From Microcystaceae cyanobacterium (GTDB taxonomy: Bacteria > Cyanobacteriota > Cyanobacteriia > Cyanobacteriales > Microcystaceae), in the NCBI GenBank assembly GCA_041746575.1, contig JBGTGT010000056.1, forward strand, positions 1 to 52,232: a stretch of 52,232 nucleotides of DNA, given 5' to 3'. The translations under genes were made by a program, and so were the position numbers. Below are positions 9,176-19,725 of this stretch, piece after piece. A model generated the notes under the pieces. The model made no database searches, was not told the origin of the DNA, and saw nothing but the letters and a program-made list of their open reading frames with translations. Position 1 is the first letter of the stretch. The number at the start of each line of letters is the position of its first letter.

Positions 9176-9195
9176 AGGTGGGACCATTCCCACCT
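9176..9195 (-). terminator. Hairpin after the cyclophilin gene
   Basis: AGGTGGGA-CCAT-TCCCACCT perfect 8-bp stem just past the stop, followed on the minus strand by TATTCGTTT. Confidence 0.6.
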
Positions 9196-9203
9196 CAATC
9201 CAC

Positions 9204-9920
9204 TTAATGCTTGAGATTTTCTAATCCTGCCGTTACTTTAGCCGATTCAATCTTATCGCCCTGTTTAATTTTATCTACTGTGTCCATGCCACTGGTGACA
9301 TAACCAAAAACAGCATAATCGCCATTGAGGAAGTCTGTATCTGCCAAAGTAATGTAAAACTGAGACGATGCTGAGTCTGGCATCTGGGTTCTAGCCATAG
9401 CGACTGCACCGTAGCTATGCTTTAGGATAACGGGAGGGGCAGAAAATCCCGCTTGTTGACCCAATCCTTTGCTATAGGTAGGCTTATCTTGACCTTCTAG
9501 CTTAATTTCTAGAGGAATGGTTCTTTCTTTACCCGTTTTCTTGTCAATATAACCGCTTGTTCCGGTTCCGGTTGGATCTCCCCCTTGGGCAACGAAATCT
9601 TGAACGACACGATGAAAAACGAGGCCATTATAAAAGCCTTTGTCCACTAATTCAACGAAATTTCCGGCTGTAATAGGGGCTTCTTCGCCTTTTACTTCAA
9701 TAATGACCGGAGAACCATTAATTTTCATTTCTACGGTAGCTGTCCCGTCTAAGCGAGGTAAATCTTTCATTTGCGTCTCCATGGTTTGGGTAAGCGGGGA
9801 ATCAGGGGCTGGCGTTGAGGCGGTAGTATTCTCTTGGTTAGAACAGGCGGTTATCAAAAGAGTGGTTACCATTAGGCAACATAATAAGCCGCTTATCCAA
9901 GTATTTTTTGATTTTTTCAT
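9204..9920 (-). CDS. Cyclophilin-type peptidyl-prolyl cis-trans isomerase (lipoprotein)
   Basis: Lipobox [53 protein letters not shown]. Confidence 0.93.
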   Translation of the reverse strand: MKKSKNTWISGLLCCLMVTTLLITACSNQENTTASTPAPDSPLTQTMETQMKDLPRLDGTATVEMKINGSPVIIEVKGEEAPITAGNFVELVDKGFYNGLVFHRVVQDFVAQGGDPTGTGTSGYIDKKTGKERTIPLEIKLEGQDKPTYSKGLGQQAGFSAPPVILKHSYGAVAMARTQMPDSASSQFYITLADTDFLNGDYAVFGYVTSGMDTVDKIKQGDKIESAKVTAGLENLKH

Positions 9921-9935
9921 ATTATTTAGCAGAAA

Positions 9936-10487
9936 TTACAATCCTTCAAGGGGAAGGGCTAAAAAGCGCGCTAATTCTGCCCCTCGGTTTTCTAATTCGG
10001 AGAGGGGAAGGGGTCTTCCAACTTGAGTAAGGGGAATGTCGCGACGTTGCTTAACTTTGAGGTACAAAGCACGTTTGGGACTTAATCCCTCTCTAATGTC
10101 AGCGCGGACGGCTTGAATATCGTCGAGATTCCAAGTCAGTTCAACTTTACGATTTTTGCCCGGAAATCCCCAGCGAAAAATGGTTAATTTACCCGTTTTC
10201 TTGTTAAATTCATTGTATCCTCCTCCAATGTCTAGTAATATACTTAACCAGAGATAGGCGGCTAATAATGTGCCGGCCACTCCATAGAAAAGAAGGGCGA
10301 TTCCTTGAGGAATAAACTGTAGTGAGGCAGTATCACTAACGATCAGGAGATTGGTTTTTAAGTAAGAGGATAATCCCGCCAATAAAAAGCCAATACCACC
10401 GATTGAGGCAACAAATGCCCACCAGTAATTACTGAGTCTTCGTGAACCGATGATCTCTTGCCGCAGAATTTGGCTATCTTGTGCCAT
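9936..10487 (-). CDS. ycf4: Photosystem I assembly protein Ycf4
   Basis: GSRRLSNYWWA, GFLLAGLSSY, FIPQG, FRWGFPGKNR, ELARFL. Confidence 0.97.
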   Translation of the reverse strand: MAQDSQILRQEIIGSRRLSNYWWAFVASIGGIGFLLAGLSSYLKTNLLIVSDTASLQFIPQGIALLFYGVAGTLLAAYLWLSILLDIGGGYNEFNKKTGKLTIFRWGFPGKNRKVELTWNLDDIQAVRADIREGLSPKRALYLKVKQRRDIPLTQVGRPLPLSELENRGAELARFLALPLEGL

Positions 10488-10695
10488 TACTTTTTAGGGG
10501 AATAAAAACGACATTAAATAATTTTACGCTAATTCTGGGCTTTTATTTCGGTCTTAAATCTTGTTCAGACGTTTAGGATTGAAGGGTAAGAGGACATTAT
10601 CTCCCTCAATCCCTATTGTTCAACTTACTGGATGATGTCCGTTTCGTATAGCATCGTTCCGATTTGTCATATTGTTAAGTATAATCGCTCGCTTT

Positions 10696-10730
10696 AAAAA
10701 ACGGAGAATCTCCATTCAAAGACTCTCCGT
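10696..10730 (-). terminator. Intrinsic terminator downstream of relA/spoT
   Basis: Minus strand ACGGAGA...TCTCCGT stem followed by a T run. Confidence 0.65.
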
Positions 10731-10837
10731 ACCTAAATTATCAGGGTGCATCTACTGGTTTCAGTCTATCATTGCCTTAGTCGTTAAAATATTATTGGCG
10801 ACGTTTAGTGATAAATTGTAATGAAATTTTACCTGCC

Positions 10838-13102
10838 TTAAATATCTTGATGCCGCAGACGACGAATATCGAGAATATCACTCATATTCTTAATTCGCTG
10901 CATGACCTGTTCAAGTTGCTGCTGATCCCGAATATCAAGGGTTAATTGAATAATAGCGGGTTTATTGGATTGAGTTTTTACCCCAGCATGACGAACATTA
11001 ATCTGTTGATCGCTTAAGCGCAGTAAGATGTCCTTAAATACTCCAATGCGATCTAGGGCTTCAATTTGAATGTCTATGGGATAGGTTAAGGCATTTCCGT
11101 TTCCTTCTGTCGAATTCCAACGGACAGGAATCAAGCGATCAGCCTCAATATGGTCAATGTTCGGGCACCCTTGACGATGTATGGCGATTCCTTTGGCACT
11201 ACGGGAGACAACTCCCATGATTGATTCTCCCGGCAAGGGATAGCAACATTTAGCAATATAATAAACTAATCCTTCAATGCCAGCAATGGGCGAGTGACTT
11301 TTGCGGGAAGTCGTGGGAGGATTTTTGTCGTTGAACTGAGAAAGATTGACAGGTGTCACCAAAAGATCGCTTTCTTGTGCCTTAACGTTCGTTTCTCGCC
11401 AACGGTTGACCACTTGATTGATGGTTACTTCTCCATAACCAATCGCCGCCAAGAGATCGTCTACGGTATGGTAGTTAGTCTTTTCGGCAGTCGTTTGCAT
11501 GGCATGGGATTTCAAGATAGATTCTAAGCCACTTTTGCCCAATTCTTTTTCTAACATTTCTCGACCGCGGGCAATATTTTCATCCCGTCGCGATCGCTTA
11601 TACCATTGACGAATGCGGTGGCGCGCGCTGGGGGTAGCGACAAAATTTAGCCAATCTAAGCTAGGGTGGGCGTTATTTTGGGTAATGATTTCGACAATAT
11701 CCCCATTCTCTAAGGACTTATCCAATCCTGTCCAGCGTCCGTTGACTCTGGCTCCTTTCATGTGGTTACCGACTTCAGTATGGATGCGATAAGCAAAATC
11801 TACAGGGGTGGCACCGCGCGCAAGGTTAATAACATCGCCTTGGGGGGTAAAGACGTAAACATCATCGTCAAAGAGGTTATCTTTGAGATTTTCGACGTAT
11901 TCTTGGGCATCTTTAAGATCACTTTGCCATTCGAGAAGTTGTCGTAACCAAGTAAATTTTTCGTCTTCTTGGGATAATTTACCAAAATTTGAGCCGCCTG
12001 TCTCTTTATATTTCCAATGCGCTGCAATCCCATATTCAGCGATGTGGTGCATCTCTAAGGTACGAATTTGCACCTCTAGAGGACGACCATTTAAACCGAC
12101 AACGGTGGTGTGGAGGGATTGATACCGGTTGGGTTTCGGAAGCCCAATATAATCTTTGAATCGCCCCGGAATCGGACGAAAAGCATCATGAACAATAGCA
12201 AGAGAGCGATAACATTCTTCGTTAGTGTTGACAATAATTCTCAGGGCGGCAATGTCGTAAATTTCGTGAAATTCTTTGTTTTGTCGTTCCATTTTATAAT
12301 AGATACCGTACAAATGTTTGGGACGACCTTGCAGTTCCATTACGTCAATTCCCACGCTTTTGAGACGCTCACGCAGTAAATCTTTAATTTTTTCGAGTCT
12401 TATCTCCCGATCTACTCGCCTCTCGGCAACTAAAGATTGTATTTTGCGGTATGCGTTAGGTTCTAAATATTTGAAGGATAAATCTTCTAATTCCCACTTA
12501 AATCGCCATATTCCTAAACGATTTGCTAGGGGAGCAAAGATTTCTTTTGTTTCTGCGGCAATGCGTTCTTGTTTTTCCGGTCTTAGATGTTCTAAGGTTC
12601 GCATATTATGGAGGCGATCGGCTAATTTAACCACAATCACCCGAATATCTTTCGCCATTGCCAAGAACATTCGGCGAAAATTTTCCGCTTGATGTTCTGT
12701 TTTACTGGAAAAGTTGAATTTTGAGAGTTTCGTAACTCCTTCCACCAGTTGACATACTTCTGATCCGAATTTACGTTCAATGTCTTCGAGGGTGACATTC
12801 GTATCTTCGACGACATCATGGAGAAAACCCGCCGCAATCATGGCTTTATCGCCCCCTAAATCCCGCAATAAACCCGCTACGGCTATGGGGTGGGCAATAT
12901 AAGGCTCTCCTGATTTTCGCGTTTGGCCTTCGTGGAGTTGATAGGCAAAGCGAAAGGCACGACAGATAAGCCCTAAATCTTCGGCATTAGGGTTAGATTC
13001 ATAGTGAATTAAACAGTCCTGAAGCCAATTGGGCAGTAAAAGTTCCTGAGATGGGGTGGGATTATGGATAGCTTGGGGAGAGTCAACGGTAATGGCGTTC
13101 AT
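10838..13102 (-). CDS. relA: Bifunctional (p)ppGpp synthetase/hydrolase (long RSH: HD, SYNTH, TGS, ACT)
   Basis: HEGQTRKSGEPYIAHP, LHDVVEDT, KLADRLHNMRTL, GRPKHLYGIY, PKPNRYQSLHT, GIAAHWKYK, TGS DFAYRIHT, C-terminal ACT. Confidence 0.97.
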   Translation of the reverse strand: MNAITVDSPQAIHNPTPSQELLLPNWLQDCLIHYESNPNAEDLGLICRAFRFAYQLHEGQTRKSGEPYIAHPIAVAGLLRDLGGDKAMIAAGFLHDVVEDTNVTLEDIERKFGSEVCQLVEGVTKLSKFNFSSKTEHQAENFRRMFLAMAKDIRVIVVKLADRLHNMRTLEHLRPEKQERIAAETKEIFAPLANRLGIWRFKWELEDLSFKYLEPNAYRKIQSLVAERRVDREIRLEKIKDLLRERLKSVGIDVMELQGRPKHLYGIYYKMERQNKEFHEIYDIAALRIIVNTNEECYRSLAIVHDAFRPIPGRFKDYIGLPKPNRYQSLHTTVVGLNGRPLEVQIRTLEMHHIAEYGIAAHWKYKETGGSNFGKLSQEDEKFTWLRQLLEWQSDLKDAQEYVENLKDNLFDDDVYVFTPQGDVINLARGATPVDFAYRIHTEVGNHMKGARVNGRWTGLDKSLENGDIVEIITQNNAHPSLDWLNFVATPSARHRIRQWYKRSRRDENIARGREMLEKELGKSGLESILKSHAMQTTAEKTNYHTVDDLLAAIGYGEVTINQVVNRWRETNVKAQESDLLVTPVNLSQFNDKNPPTTSRKSHSPIAGIEGLVYYIAKCCYPLPGESIMGVVSRSAKGIAIHRQGCPNIDHIEADRLIPVRWNSTEGNGNALTYPIDIQIEALDRIGVFKDILLRLSDQQINVRHAGVKTQSNKPAIIQLTLDIRDQQQLEQVMQRIKNMSDILDIRRLRHQDI

Positions 13103-13341
13103 AGGCTTAATGGACTGAGGAAGATAATTCAGTAGTAGGAAGGCTAGGGAAAGGGTTTAAGGTTAGAATCAGGTTATTCCGTTGGCTGTTAGTTTCTTTA
13201 TTCTCGATCAGCTAACGAGAAACGCACCGTTTCCTTGATTTGTCTTAATGATTTTTAAAAGAGAGATAAATTTAAAGGAATCTCTTGTGAGTGGATTAAG
13301 TTTAATAATATTTAACAAATTCTATCTTAACTTAGTTATCT

Positions 13342-13719
13342 ATGCTACCGAAATTTGGGCATCTTCACTATTCTACTTTTTTAAATCAACTTGTTTCTTT
13401 CCAAAATTATCTTAATTCTAATAAAATAGAAGAAAATTTAGCGAAAAAGCACTTTGAAGAAGCAAAAAATTACTTCTGTTTTAAGATACTCCCTCTACAT
13501 TTAGAAGACAACGATTTTCATCAGATGCAACAATGGCAATCATGGCAAACAGAATTGCACCGTACCCTGCGTTTACTGGAAACGGATCTCCTATTTTGGC
13601 AATCTTCCCGTCAGCCGACGACTCGTCAATCTCGTTTGCAGATTATCTGCGATCGCCTAGACACGCTTATTCGTTATTGTCAAGAAATTTTAAATTTAGG
13701 AAAAGACACATCATGTTAA
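13342..13719 (+). CDS. patD: PatD family protein
   Basis: WQSWQTELHRTLRLLETDLLFWQSSRQ..TRQSR...I.DRL.TLI.YC signature; divergent from the RSH gene. Confidence 0.8.
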   Translation: MLPKFGHLHYSTFLNQLVSFQNYLNSNKIEENLAKKHFEEAKNYFCFKILPLHLEDNDFHQMQQWQSWQTELHRTLRLLETDLLFWQSSRQPTTRQSRLQIICDRLDTLIRYCQEILNLGKDTSC

Positions 13720-14350
13720 TCGCTTTAAATCGCTTAGATATTCCTCCCGGACAAAAACTGTTTTTAAAAGAGGTTACTTGGGCAGAATTTGAAGAAATTT
13801 TGGCGGAATTGGGAGAGCATCGAGGCTCAAAGATTGCCTATCATTATCCTATTTTAGAAATTACGACTCCTTTGCCAGAACACGAAAGCAATAAGTTATT
13901 TATTACTAATTTTATTGAGATTTTACTAGAAGAATTTGGCATAGAATTTTATCCGCTGGGTTCAACCACTTTTAAAAATGAATTTATGCAGTACGGGATT
14001 GAGCCTGATAACTGTTTTTATATCGAAAACGAAGCAAGAATAAGAGGAAAAGCTCGCTTAGATTTAACGATTGATCCGCCTCCTGATTTAGCTTTGGAAA
14101 TTGATGTCACCTCTCGAACTCACCCAGAGATTTATACACAGTTGGGTGTACCTGAATTATGGCAATTTGAGAAAGGAGATTTACAAATTCTTATCTTAGA
14201 GAATGGACACTATCAAGGGGTAGAATACAGTCCCCATTTTCCTGATTTGCCTATTAAAAAATTATTCCTCAGTATTTAAAACAGGTTAAAACAGAAGGAA
14301 GAAACAAGACGATGAGGGCTTTTAGAAAAAGGGTTCAAGAACGAATTTAA
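13713..14350 (+). CDS. Uma2 (DUF820) family endonuclease-like protein with an apparent frameshift near the 3' end
   Basis: VTWAEFE, PLPEHE, LGSTTF, IEPDNCFYI, PPPDLALEID, LGVPELW. Start is the ATG at 13713. The frame stops at 14279, but a family-like tail IPQYLKQVKTEGRNKTMRAFRKRVQERI* continues in another frame to 14350. Confidence 0.85.
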
Positions 14351-14381
14351 ACTAATATTATTTGCCTTAAATATTGACTTT

Positions 14382-15317
14382 CTAAAATTCGATAAATTCT
14401 GATTTTAAAGACCGTTCCATCAAAGCATTTAAAGCGATCGCAGGAGTCGTTTTACCTTCCAGTAAACAATAAACTTGTTCAGTGATGGGAACACTTAATT
14501 TTTTTTCTTGTGCGATTCGATACACTACTTTTGTTGTATTAATCCCTTCTGATGTACCTTCTAGAGTGTTCAGAATATTATCTAACGATTCTCCTTTTGC
14601 GAGACGATAACCGACTTGATAATTGCGCGATAAAGGGCTATTACAGGTTGTTAATAAATCGCCTAATCCTGACAATCCAAAAAAAGTTTCCACTTGCGCA
14701 CCAAAGCATTTTCCGACTCTGACCATTTCGGGCAAAGCTCTTGTTAATAAGCTTGATTTTGCATTTGTTCCTAATGCTAATCCTTCACAAACACCGGCGG
14801 CGATCGCCATGATATTTTTCAATGTTCCCCCTAATTCAGTACCAACGGGATCGGGGTTAATATAAACCCGAAAACGCTCAGAAGAAAAAAGAGTTTGAAT
14901 GGTTTCTGCGGCAACTTGATCATGGCTTGCCACGACTGTAGCGGCTGGCAATTCTTGTTTGATTTCTTTAGAGAGATTAGGTCCGGATAAAACAACAATC
15001 GCCTGATGAGGAAAGGCATTTTTCCACAGAGAAGAAGGGGTACAATGGGTTAGGGAATCCAATCCTTTTGTGGCAGTCACTAAAATTGCTTTAGGTGGAA
15101 AATATAAGGATTTTACGTGTTCAATGGTCGGGCGAACACCCGACATCGCAACCGCAGAAATAATAATATCTGCGTCAACAAGCACCTCATTTAAAGGATC
15201 TGAACTTGTCCGAGACCAAAGGCGAACAGTATGATGATTTCGTTCTGCTAATTCTTTGAGTCCTGTTCCCCAAGCACCCGCACCGATAATACTTATAAGG
15301 GTATTTTTTTGAGACAT
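14382..15317 (-). CDS. gpsA: NAD(P)H-dependent glycerol-3-phosphate dehydrogenase
   Basis: IIGAGAWG, TATKGL, LSGPN, GGTLKNIMAIAAG, GLSGLGDLLTTC.S..SRNY. Start at the ATG at 15317. Confidence 0.95.
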   Translation of the reverse strand: MSQKNTLISIIGAGAWGTGLKELAERNHHTVRLWSRTSSDPLNEVLVDADIIISAVAMSGVRPTIEHVKSLYFPPKAILVTATKGLDSLTHCTPSSLWKNAFPHQAIVVLSGPNLSKEIKQELPAATVVASHDQVAAETIQTLFSSERFRVYINPDPVGTELGGTLKNIMAIAAGVCEGLALGTNAKSSLLTRALPEMVRVGKCFGAQVETFFGLSGLGDLLTTCNSPLSRNYQVGYRLAKGESLDNILNTLEGTSEGINTTKVVYRIAQEKKLSVPITEQVYCLLEGKTTPAIALNALMERSLKSEFIEF

Positions 15318-15509
15318 TTTCAATTCATCACTGAGATACAATTTATTTTGATTATACAGAAAAATCAATATTTTATTACCAAGAATAAAAAACCTTAATA
15401 CTATTTTTAAGTTTAAGTAAACTAAGTCTTATTTTCAATTATTAAATCAATTTACTGGACTTGATATATAATAATAGCGTTCATTGTAAATTTTTTATTT
15501 TTCAGCCTA

Positions 15510-15950
15510 ATGAGTCATCGTAACCCAACACCAACAGTTGATATTATTATTGAGCTTATTGATCAACCCCAGCGACCCATTATTTTAATTGAGCGCAAAA
15601 ATCCTCCTTACGGATGGGCAATTCCGGGCGGATTTGTGGACTACGGGGAGACGGTTGAAACTGCTGCAATACGGGAAGCAAAAGAAGAAGTGAGTCTTGA
15701 TATTCAATTAGTTAAACAATTCCATGTCTATTCTGATCCGATGCGAGATCCCCGTCAACACACCCTAAGTATTGTTTTTATTGCTACAGCGGTAGGCACC
15801 CCTAAAGCGGCAGATGATGCGCAGACACTACAACAATTCTATCTGTGGGAATTTCCTGCTAATATGTGTTTTGATCATAGCAAAATTTTGCAAGATTATC
15901 AATACTATCGTTACTATAAAATTCGTCCTCAAATTAATCTTAATTTCTAA
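15510..15950 (+). CDS. Nudix hydrolase (ADP-ribose pyrophosphatase-like)
   Basis: Nudix box [36 protein letters not shown]. Confidence 0.92.
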   Translation: MSHRNPTPTVDIIIELIDQPQRPIILIERKNPPYGWAIPGGFVDYGETVETAAIREAKEEVSLDIQLVKQFHVYSDPMRDPRQHTLSIVFIATAVGTPKAADDAQTLQQFYLWEFPANMCFDHSKILQDYQYYRYYKIRPQINLNF

Positions 15951-17203
15951 TGAATTTCACTCTTGGTATTGATTTCGGTACATCTGGCGCAAGAGCAATT
16001 GTGATTGATGAAGCGCAAATTATCCAATTTAAAATCAAACAATCTTTTAGGCTAAATTCAAACTCAAACTTAGCAATACTTTGGCAAAATAGTCTATTTA
16101 ATTTAATAGAACAAATTCCCTCGTCATTGCGGCAAAGCTTAAGTTCGATTGCTATTAATGGGACATCAGCAACGGTTTTGCTCTGTGATCAAAAAGGTCA
16201 TACTCTTGATCAACCCATTCTTTATAATGATAATCGTGGTCAAATTATAAAATCAGCGTTAGAAAAATTTGTTCCGCCTAATCATTTAACTTTAAGTGCA
16301 ACATCCAGTCTATCTAAGTTAGTTTGGTGGTCAAAACAACCCATTTTTAAGGAAGCTAACTATTTTCTACATCAGGCGGATTGGTTAGCTTTTTTATTGC
16401 ATGGTCAACTGGGTTCAAGTGACTATCATAATGCTTTAAAATTAGGATACGATGTTGAACAAATGGCCTATCCAAATTGGTTAATTAATCAGTCTTTTTA
16501 TCCTTTACTACCTAGAATTATTGCACCCGGTACAATCATTAACACGATTACGCTGAACATCTCTAGACAATTTAATATTCCCCAAAGCTGTGTCGTTTGT
16601 GGAGGAACGACAGATAGTATAGCGGCCTTTATTGCAAGTGGTACAAACCAAGCAGGTGAAGCGGTTACATCTCTGGGTTCAACGCTTGTTTTAAAACTAT
16701 TAAGTACCCGTAAAGTTGATAACTATCAATATGGTATTTATAGCCATCGTTATGGTCAATTCTGGTTGACGGGAGGTGCCTCAAATACAGGGGGTACGGT
16801 GTTAACGTATTTTTTTAGTGATGAAGAATTAGTTCGTCTGAGTCAGCAAATTAATCCTCAAATTACGACTAAATTAGACTATTATCCCTTATTAAAAAGA
16901 GGAGAACGATTTCCTTTTAATGATCCCAATTTGCTTCCTAAATTAGAACCTCGTCCTTATGATTCCGTGGAATTTTTACAGGGATTGTTAGAAAGCATGG
17001 CGAAAATTGAAGGTTTTGGTTATGACAAATTAAAAGCATTAGGAGCAACACCCCTGAAACGAGTTTATACCGCCGGAGGAGGGGCAAAAAATAAGGTTTG
17101 GCAACAAATAAGAGAGCGAATTTTAAATGTTCCTGTTACCATTGCACCTCAAACAGAAGCCGCTTATGGAACAGCATTACTTGCTCAGAATAAAGGGATT
17201 TAA
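15950..17203 (+). CDS. FGGY-family carbohydrate kinase (D-ribulokinase-like)
   Basis: LGIDFGTSGAR, HQADW, GTTDSIAAF, SLGSTL, GGASNTGG, TAGGGAKN, EAAYG; TAATG overlap with the Nudix gene. Confidence 0.92.
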   Translation: MNFTLGIDFGTSGARAIVIDEAQIIQFKIKQSFRLNSNSNLAILWQNSLFNLIEQIPSSLRQSLSSIAINGTSATVLLCDQKGHTLDQPILYNDNRGQIIKSALEKFVPPNHLTLSATSSLSKLVWWSKQPIFKEANYFLHQADWLAFLLHGQLGSSDYHNALKLGYDVEQMAYPNWLINQSFYPLLPRIIAPGTIINTITLNISRQFNIPQSCVVCGGTTDSIAAFIASGTNQAGEAVTSLGSTLVLKLLSTRKVDNYQYGIYSHRYGQFWLTGGASNTGGTVLTYFFSDEELVRLSQQINPQITTKLDYYPLLKRGERFPFNDPNLLPKLEPRPYDSVEFLQGLLESMAKIEGFGYDKLKALGATPLKRVYTAGGGAKNKVWQQIRERILNVPVTIAPQTEAAYGTALLAQNKGI

Positions 17204-17300
17204 TATTTGTTTTGACGCATTCAACTTTATATTATTTCTTGTAAATAAATCGTTTATCATTCCCTTTTGTCTCTTTTCGACTAGCTATTAGCGCATCGTA

Positions 17301-19124
17301 TCAGCTTAATTCCAAAGATTGTAATTGATATAAATTTGCATATAATCCTCCCTGTTGTAATAAGGTTTCGTGACTGCCTGATTCCACTAATTCACCCCGT
17401 TTTAAGACAAAAATTCGAGCTACATCTTTAATAGTAGTTAAACGATGGGCGATAATAATAGCGGTGCGCTGTAATAATAAATGATCAAGTGCTTCTTGAA
17501 TCATCGCTTCGGTTTTGACATCTAAACTGGCGGTTGCTTCATCTAAGACTAAGATTTTGGGGTTACGAATGGCAACTCTGGCGAAAGCTAACAGTTGTTT
17601 TTGTCCCCCTGATAAATTTGCTCCTCTTTCTCGCAAGATAGTATCATATCCTTGAGGGAGATCATTAATAAATGAGTCAATGTTTGTAAGTTTAGCGGAC
17701 TCTTTAATTTGTGCTAAGGAGAAGTTTTCCCCAAGGGTAATATTGCGTTTGACATCCCCAGCAAATAGGAAACTTTCTTGCAAAATAACCCCAATGTGAC
17801 GACGTAACTCAGTCTGAGAAATATCTCGAATGTCAATATCATCGACTAAAATTCTGCCTTTACTAGGTTCATACAAACGGCATAATAAACGAATAATCGA
17901 ACTTTTTCCGGCTCCTGTTGGCCCTACTAATGCCACTTTTTCACCTGGCTGAATGGTGAAGCTTAAGTTTCTTAAAACATATTCATCGGCTTTATAACCA
18001 AACCAAACATTCTCAAAACAAATTTTGCCTATTTTGTCAGAAGAGTGCTTTTGAATAATCGGAGAAATGGTGACTGCTCTATCTTGAATTTCAATGGGTT
18101 CTTTCAGTAATTCACTAATTCGTTCAATGGCAGTAAATCCCGCTTGAAACATGGTAAATTTATCAGCAAACTGTCGTATTGGATTAAATAAACGTTGTGC
18201 GTAAAGAATAAAAGCAGATAACGTTCCAAACGAAATTTTGTCTTCAATGACAAAAAGACCCCCCAACCATAATACCCCCGCAATTGCTACTAAACTAATC
18301 CATTCTAAGGTCGCAGAAACGGCTGAATCGTGGAAAATTGTTTTGTCGACTTCTTGACGATAACGTTGATTAACTGTCCGAAATAATTCCGCATTAAACT
18401 GTTCACGACGAAAGAGTTGAACAATATTAATCCCGACAACATTTTCCTGCAACATTGAATTTAATTTAGATAGCTCTTCCCGTACTCGATAATTTGCCTT
18501 CCGATATTCTTGTTGAAAATAAATAATTAATCCTGTCACAGGAATGAGCATTAAAACTAATAGTAATGCCAATTGCCACTGAACCGTAAAGATTGTGATA
18601 ATAATTACCAAAATATAGATAAAATCACTTAATACCCCAATTGCACCACTAGCAAAAACATCTCCTAATGCCTCAACATCACTGGTTAAACGCGTAACTA
18701 ATCGCCCCACTGGCGTTTTATTGAAAAAGTTAGAACTTAAAGAAGTTACATGAAAAAATAAATCATTTCTAACCTCTGCTGTAATTTCTTGACCGACTTT
18801 TTGAACTAAGTAACCTTGAATAGACAGAAAAACTAAACGAATAATAATCGTAGTCAATAATAATATAATTAAAAAGTTTAATCCTTGGGCAAAAGATAGG
18901 TTCTTTAAAAATCCCCATGTATTCTCTTGACGGAGTAAAGAAATAGCTTGTCCAATAATGAGTGGTTGAATTGCCCCTGCTAAAGACAAAGGAAAAAGTA
19001 GAATGATGGTAATGATGAGAATTTTCTGATTACGACGAGCATAAGGAGTTAATTTTAGCAGTAGTCTCCAGTCATTTTCATGATTTTTCTGGGAAGAAGC
19101 GGAGGGAGTAGATAATAAAGCCAT
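17301..19124 (-). CDS. ABC exporter, fused permease/ATP-binding (MsbA/MdlB-like)
   Basis: TM domain; Walker A GPTGAGKS, LSGGQKQ signature, ILVLDEAT, AHRL. Start uncertain (19124 or 19166). Confidence 0.93.
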   Translation of the reverse strand: MALLSTPSASSQKNHENDWRLLLKLTPYARRNQKILIITIILLFPLSLAGAIQPLIIGQAISLLRQENTWGFLKNLSFAQGLNFLIILLLTTIIIRLVFLSIQGYLVQKVGQEITAEVRNDLFFHVTSLSSNFFNKTPVGRLVTRLTSDVEALGDVFASGAIGVLSDFIYILVIIITIFTVQWQLALLLVLMLIPVTGLIIYFQQEYRKANYRVREELSKLNSMLQENVVGINIVQLFRREQFNAELFRTVNQRYRQEVDKTIFHDSAVSATLEWISLVAIAGVLWLGGLFVIEDKISFGTLSAFILYAQRLFNPIRQFADKFTMFQAGFTAIERISELLKEPIEIQDRAVTISPIIQKHSSDKIGKICFENVWFGYKADEYVLRNLSFTIQPGEKVALVGPTGAGKSSIIRLLCRLYEPSKGRILVDDIDIRDISQTELRRHIGVILQESFLFAGDVKRNITLGENFSLAQIKESAKLTNIDSFINDLPQGYDTILRERGANLSGGQKQLLAFARVAIRNPKILVLDEATASLDVKTEAMIQEALDHLLLQRTAIIIAHRLTTIKDVARIFVLKRGELVESGSHETLLQQGGLYANLYQLQSLELS

Positions 19125-19289
19125 AAAATTCCGATTAATTCGCTTTTGAGCCTTAGTTGGTATCATAACCTATTCCAATTCATTCCGTTAAATAAAAGGG
19201 TTTATTGGGGGCTTCTATTGAAAAATGAACTTAAAAAAGATCAATATAGACAAAAAGTGTTATTATGATAATATAGACAGTCTATCAAG

Positions 19290-19709
19290 ATGATTATGGT
19301 CGAATCCTCGCCTTTTTATTATCAACAGTCTGGTGTAATTCCCTATCGTATTAAAAATAATCAAATTGAAGTTTTATTGATTACAAATCGTAGAGGAAAA
19401 CGTTGGATTATTCCCAAAGGAATTATTGAACCCGATTTAACCCCTCAAGATTCTGCGGCGAAGGAAGCTTATGAAGAAGCGGGAGTGAGAGGAACTGTTT
19501 TTCCCGATTTATTGGGAACTTACACCTACGAAAAATGGGGGGGAGTTTGTACGGTTAAAGTCTATTTATTAAAAGTTGAAGCTTTATACGCTGATTGGTT
19601 GGAATCCTATTTTAGACAAAGACAATGGTTTTCTTTAGAAGAAGCTATCACTGCTATTGAACATCCTACTATTAAAGATATATTAAACAATTTAAGTCAA
19701 CAAATATAA
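19290..19709 (+). CDS. Nudix hydrolase (Ap(n)A/polyphosphate-type)
   Basis: QSGVIPYR, WIIPKG, AAKEAYEEAG, RQRQWF. Confidence 0.9.
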   Translation: MIMVESSPFYYQQSGVIPYRIKNNQIEVLLITNRRGKRWIIPKGIIEPDLTPQDSAAKEAYEEAGVRGTVFPDLLGTYTYEKWGGVCTVKVYLLKVEALYADWLESYFRQRQWFSLEEAITAIEHPTIKDILNNLSQQI

Positions 19710-19725
19710 AAAAATTAATATTGTT

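Noticed and set aside
13533..13712. 60-aa N-terminal extension of the Uma2 ORF
   Set aside because: It overlaps patD in another frame; the family-like sequence starts at the ATG at 13713, which has an AGGA upstream.
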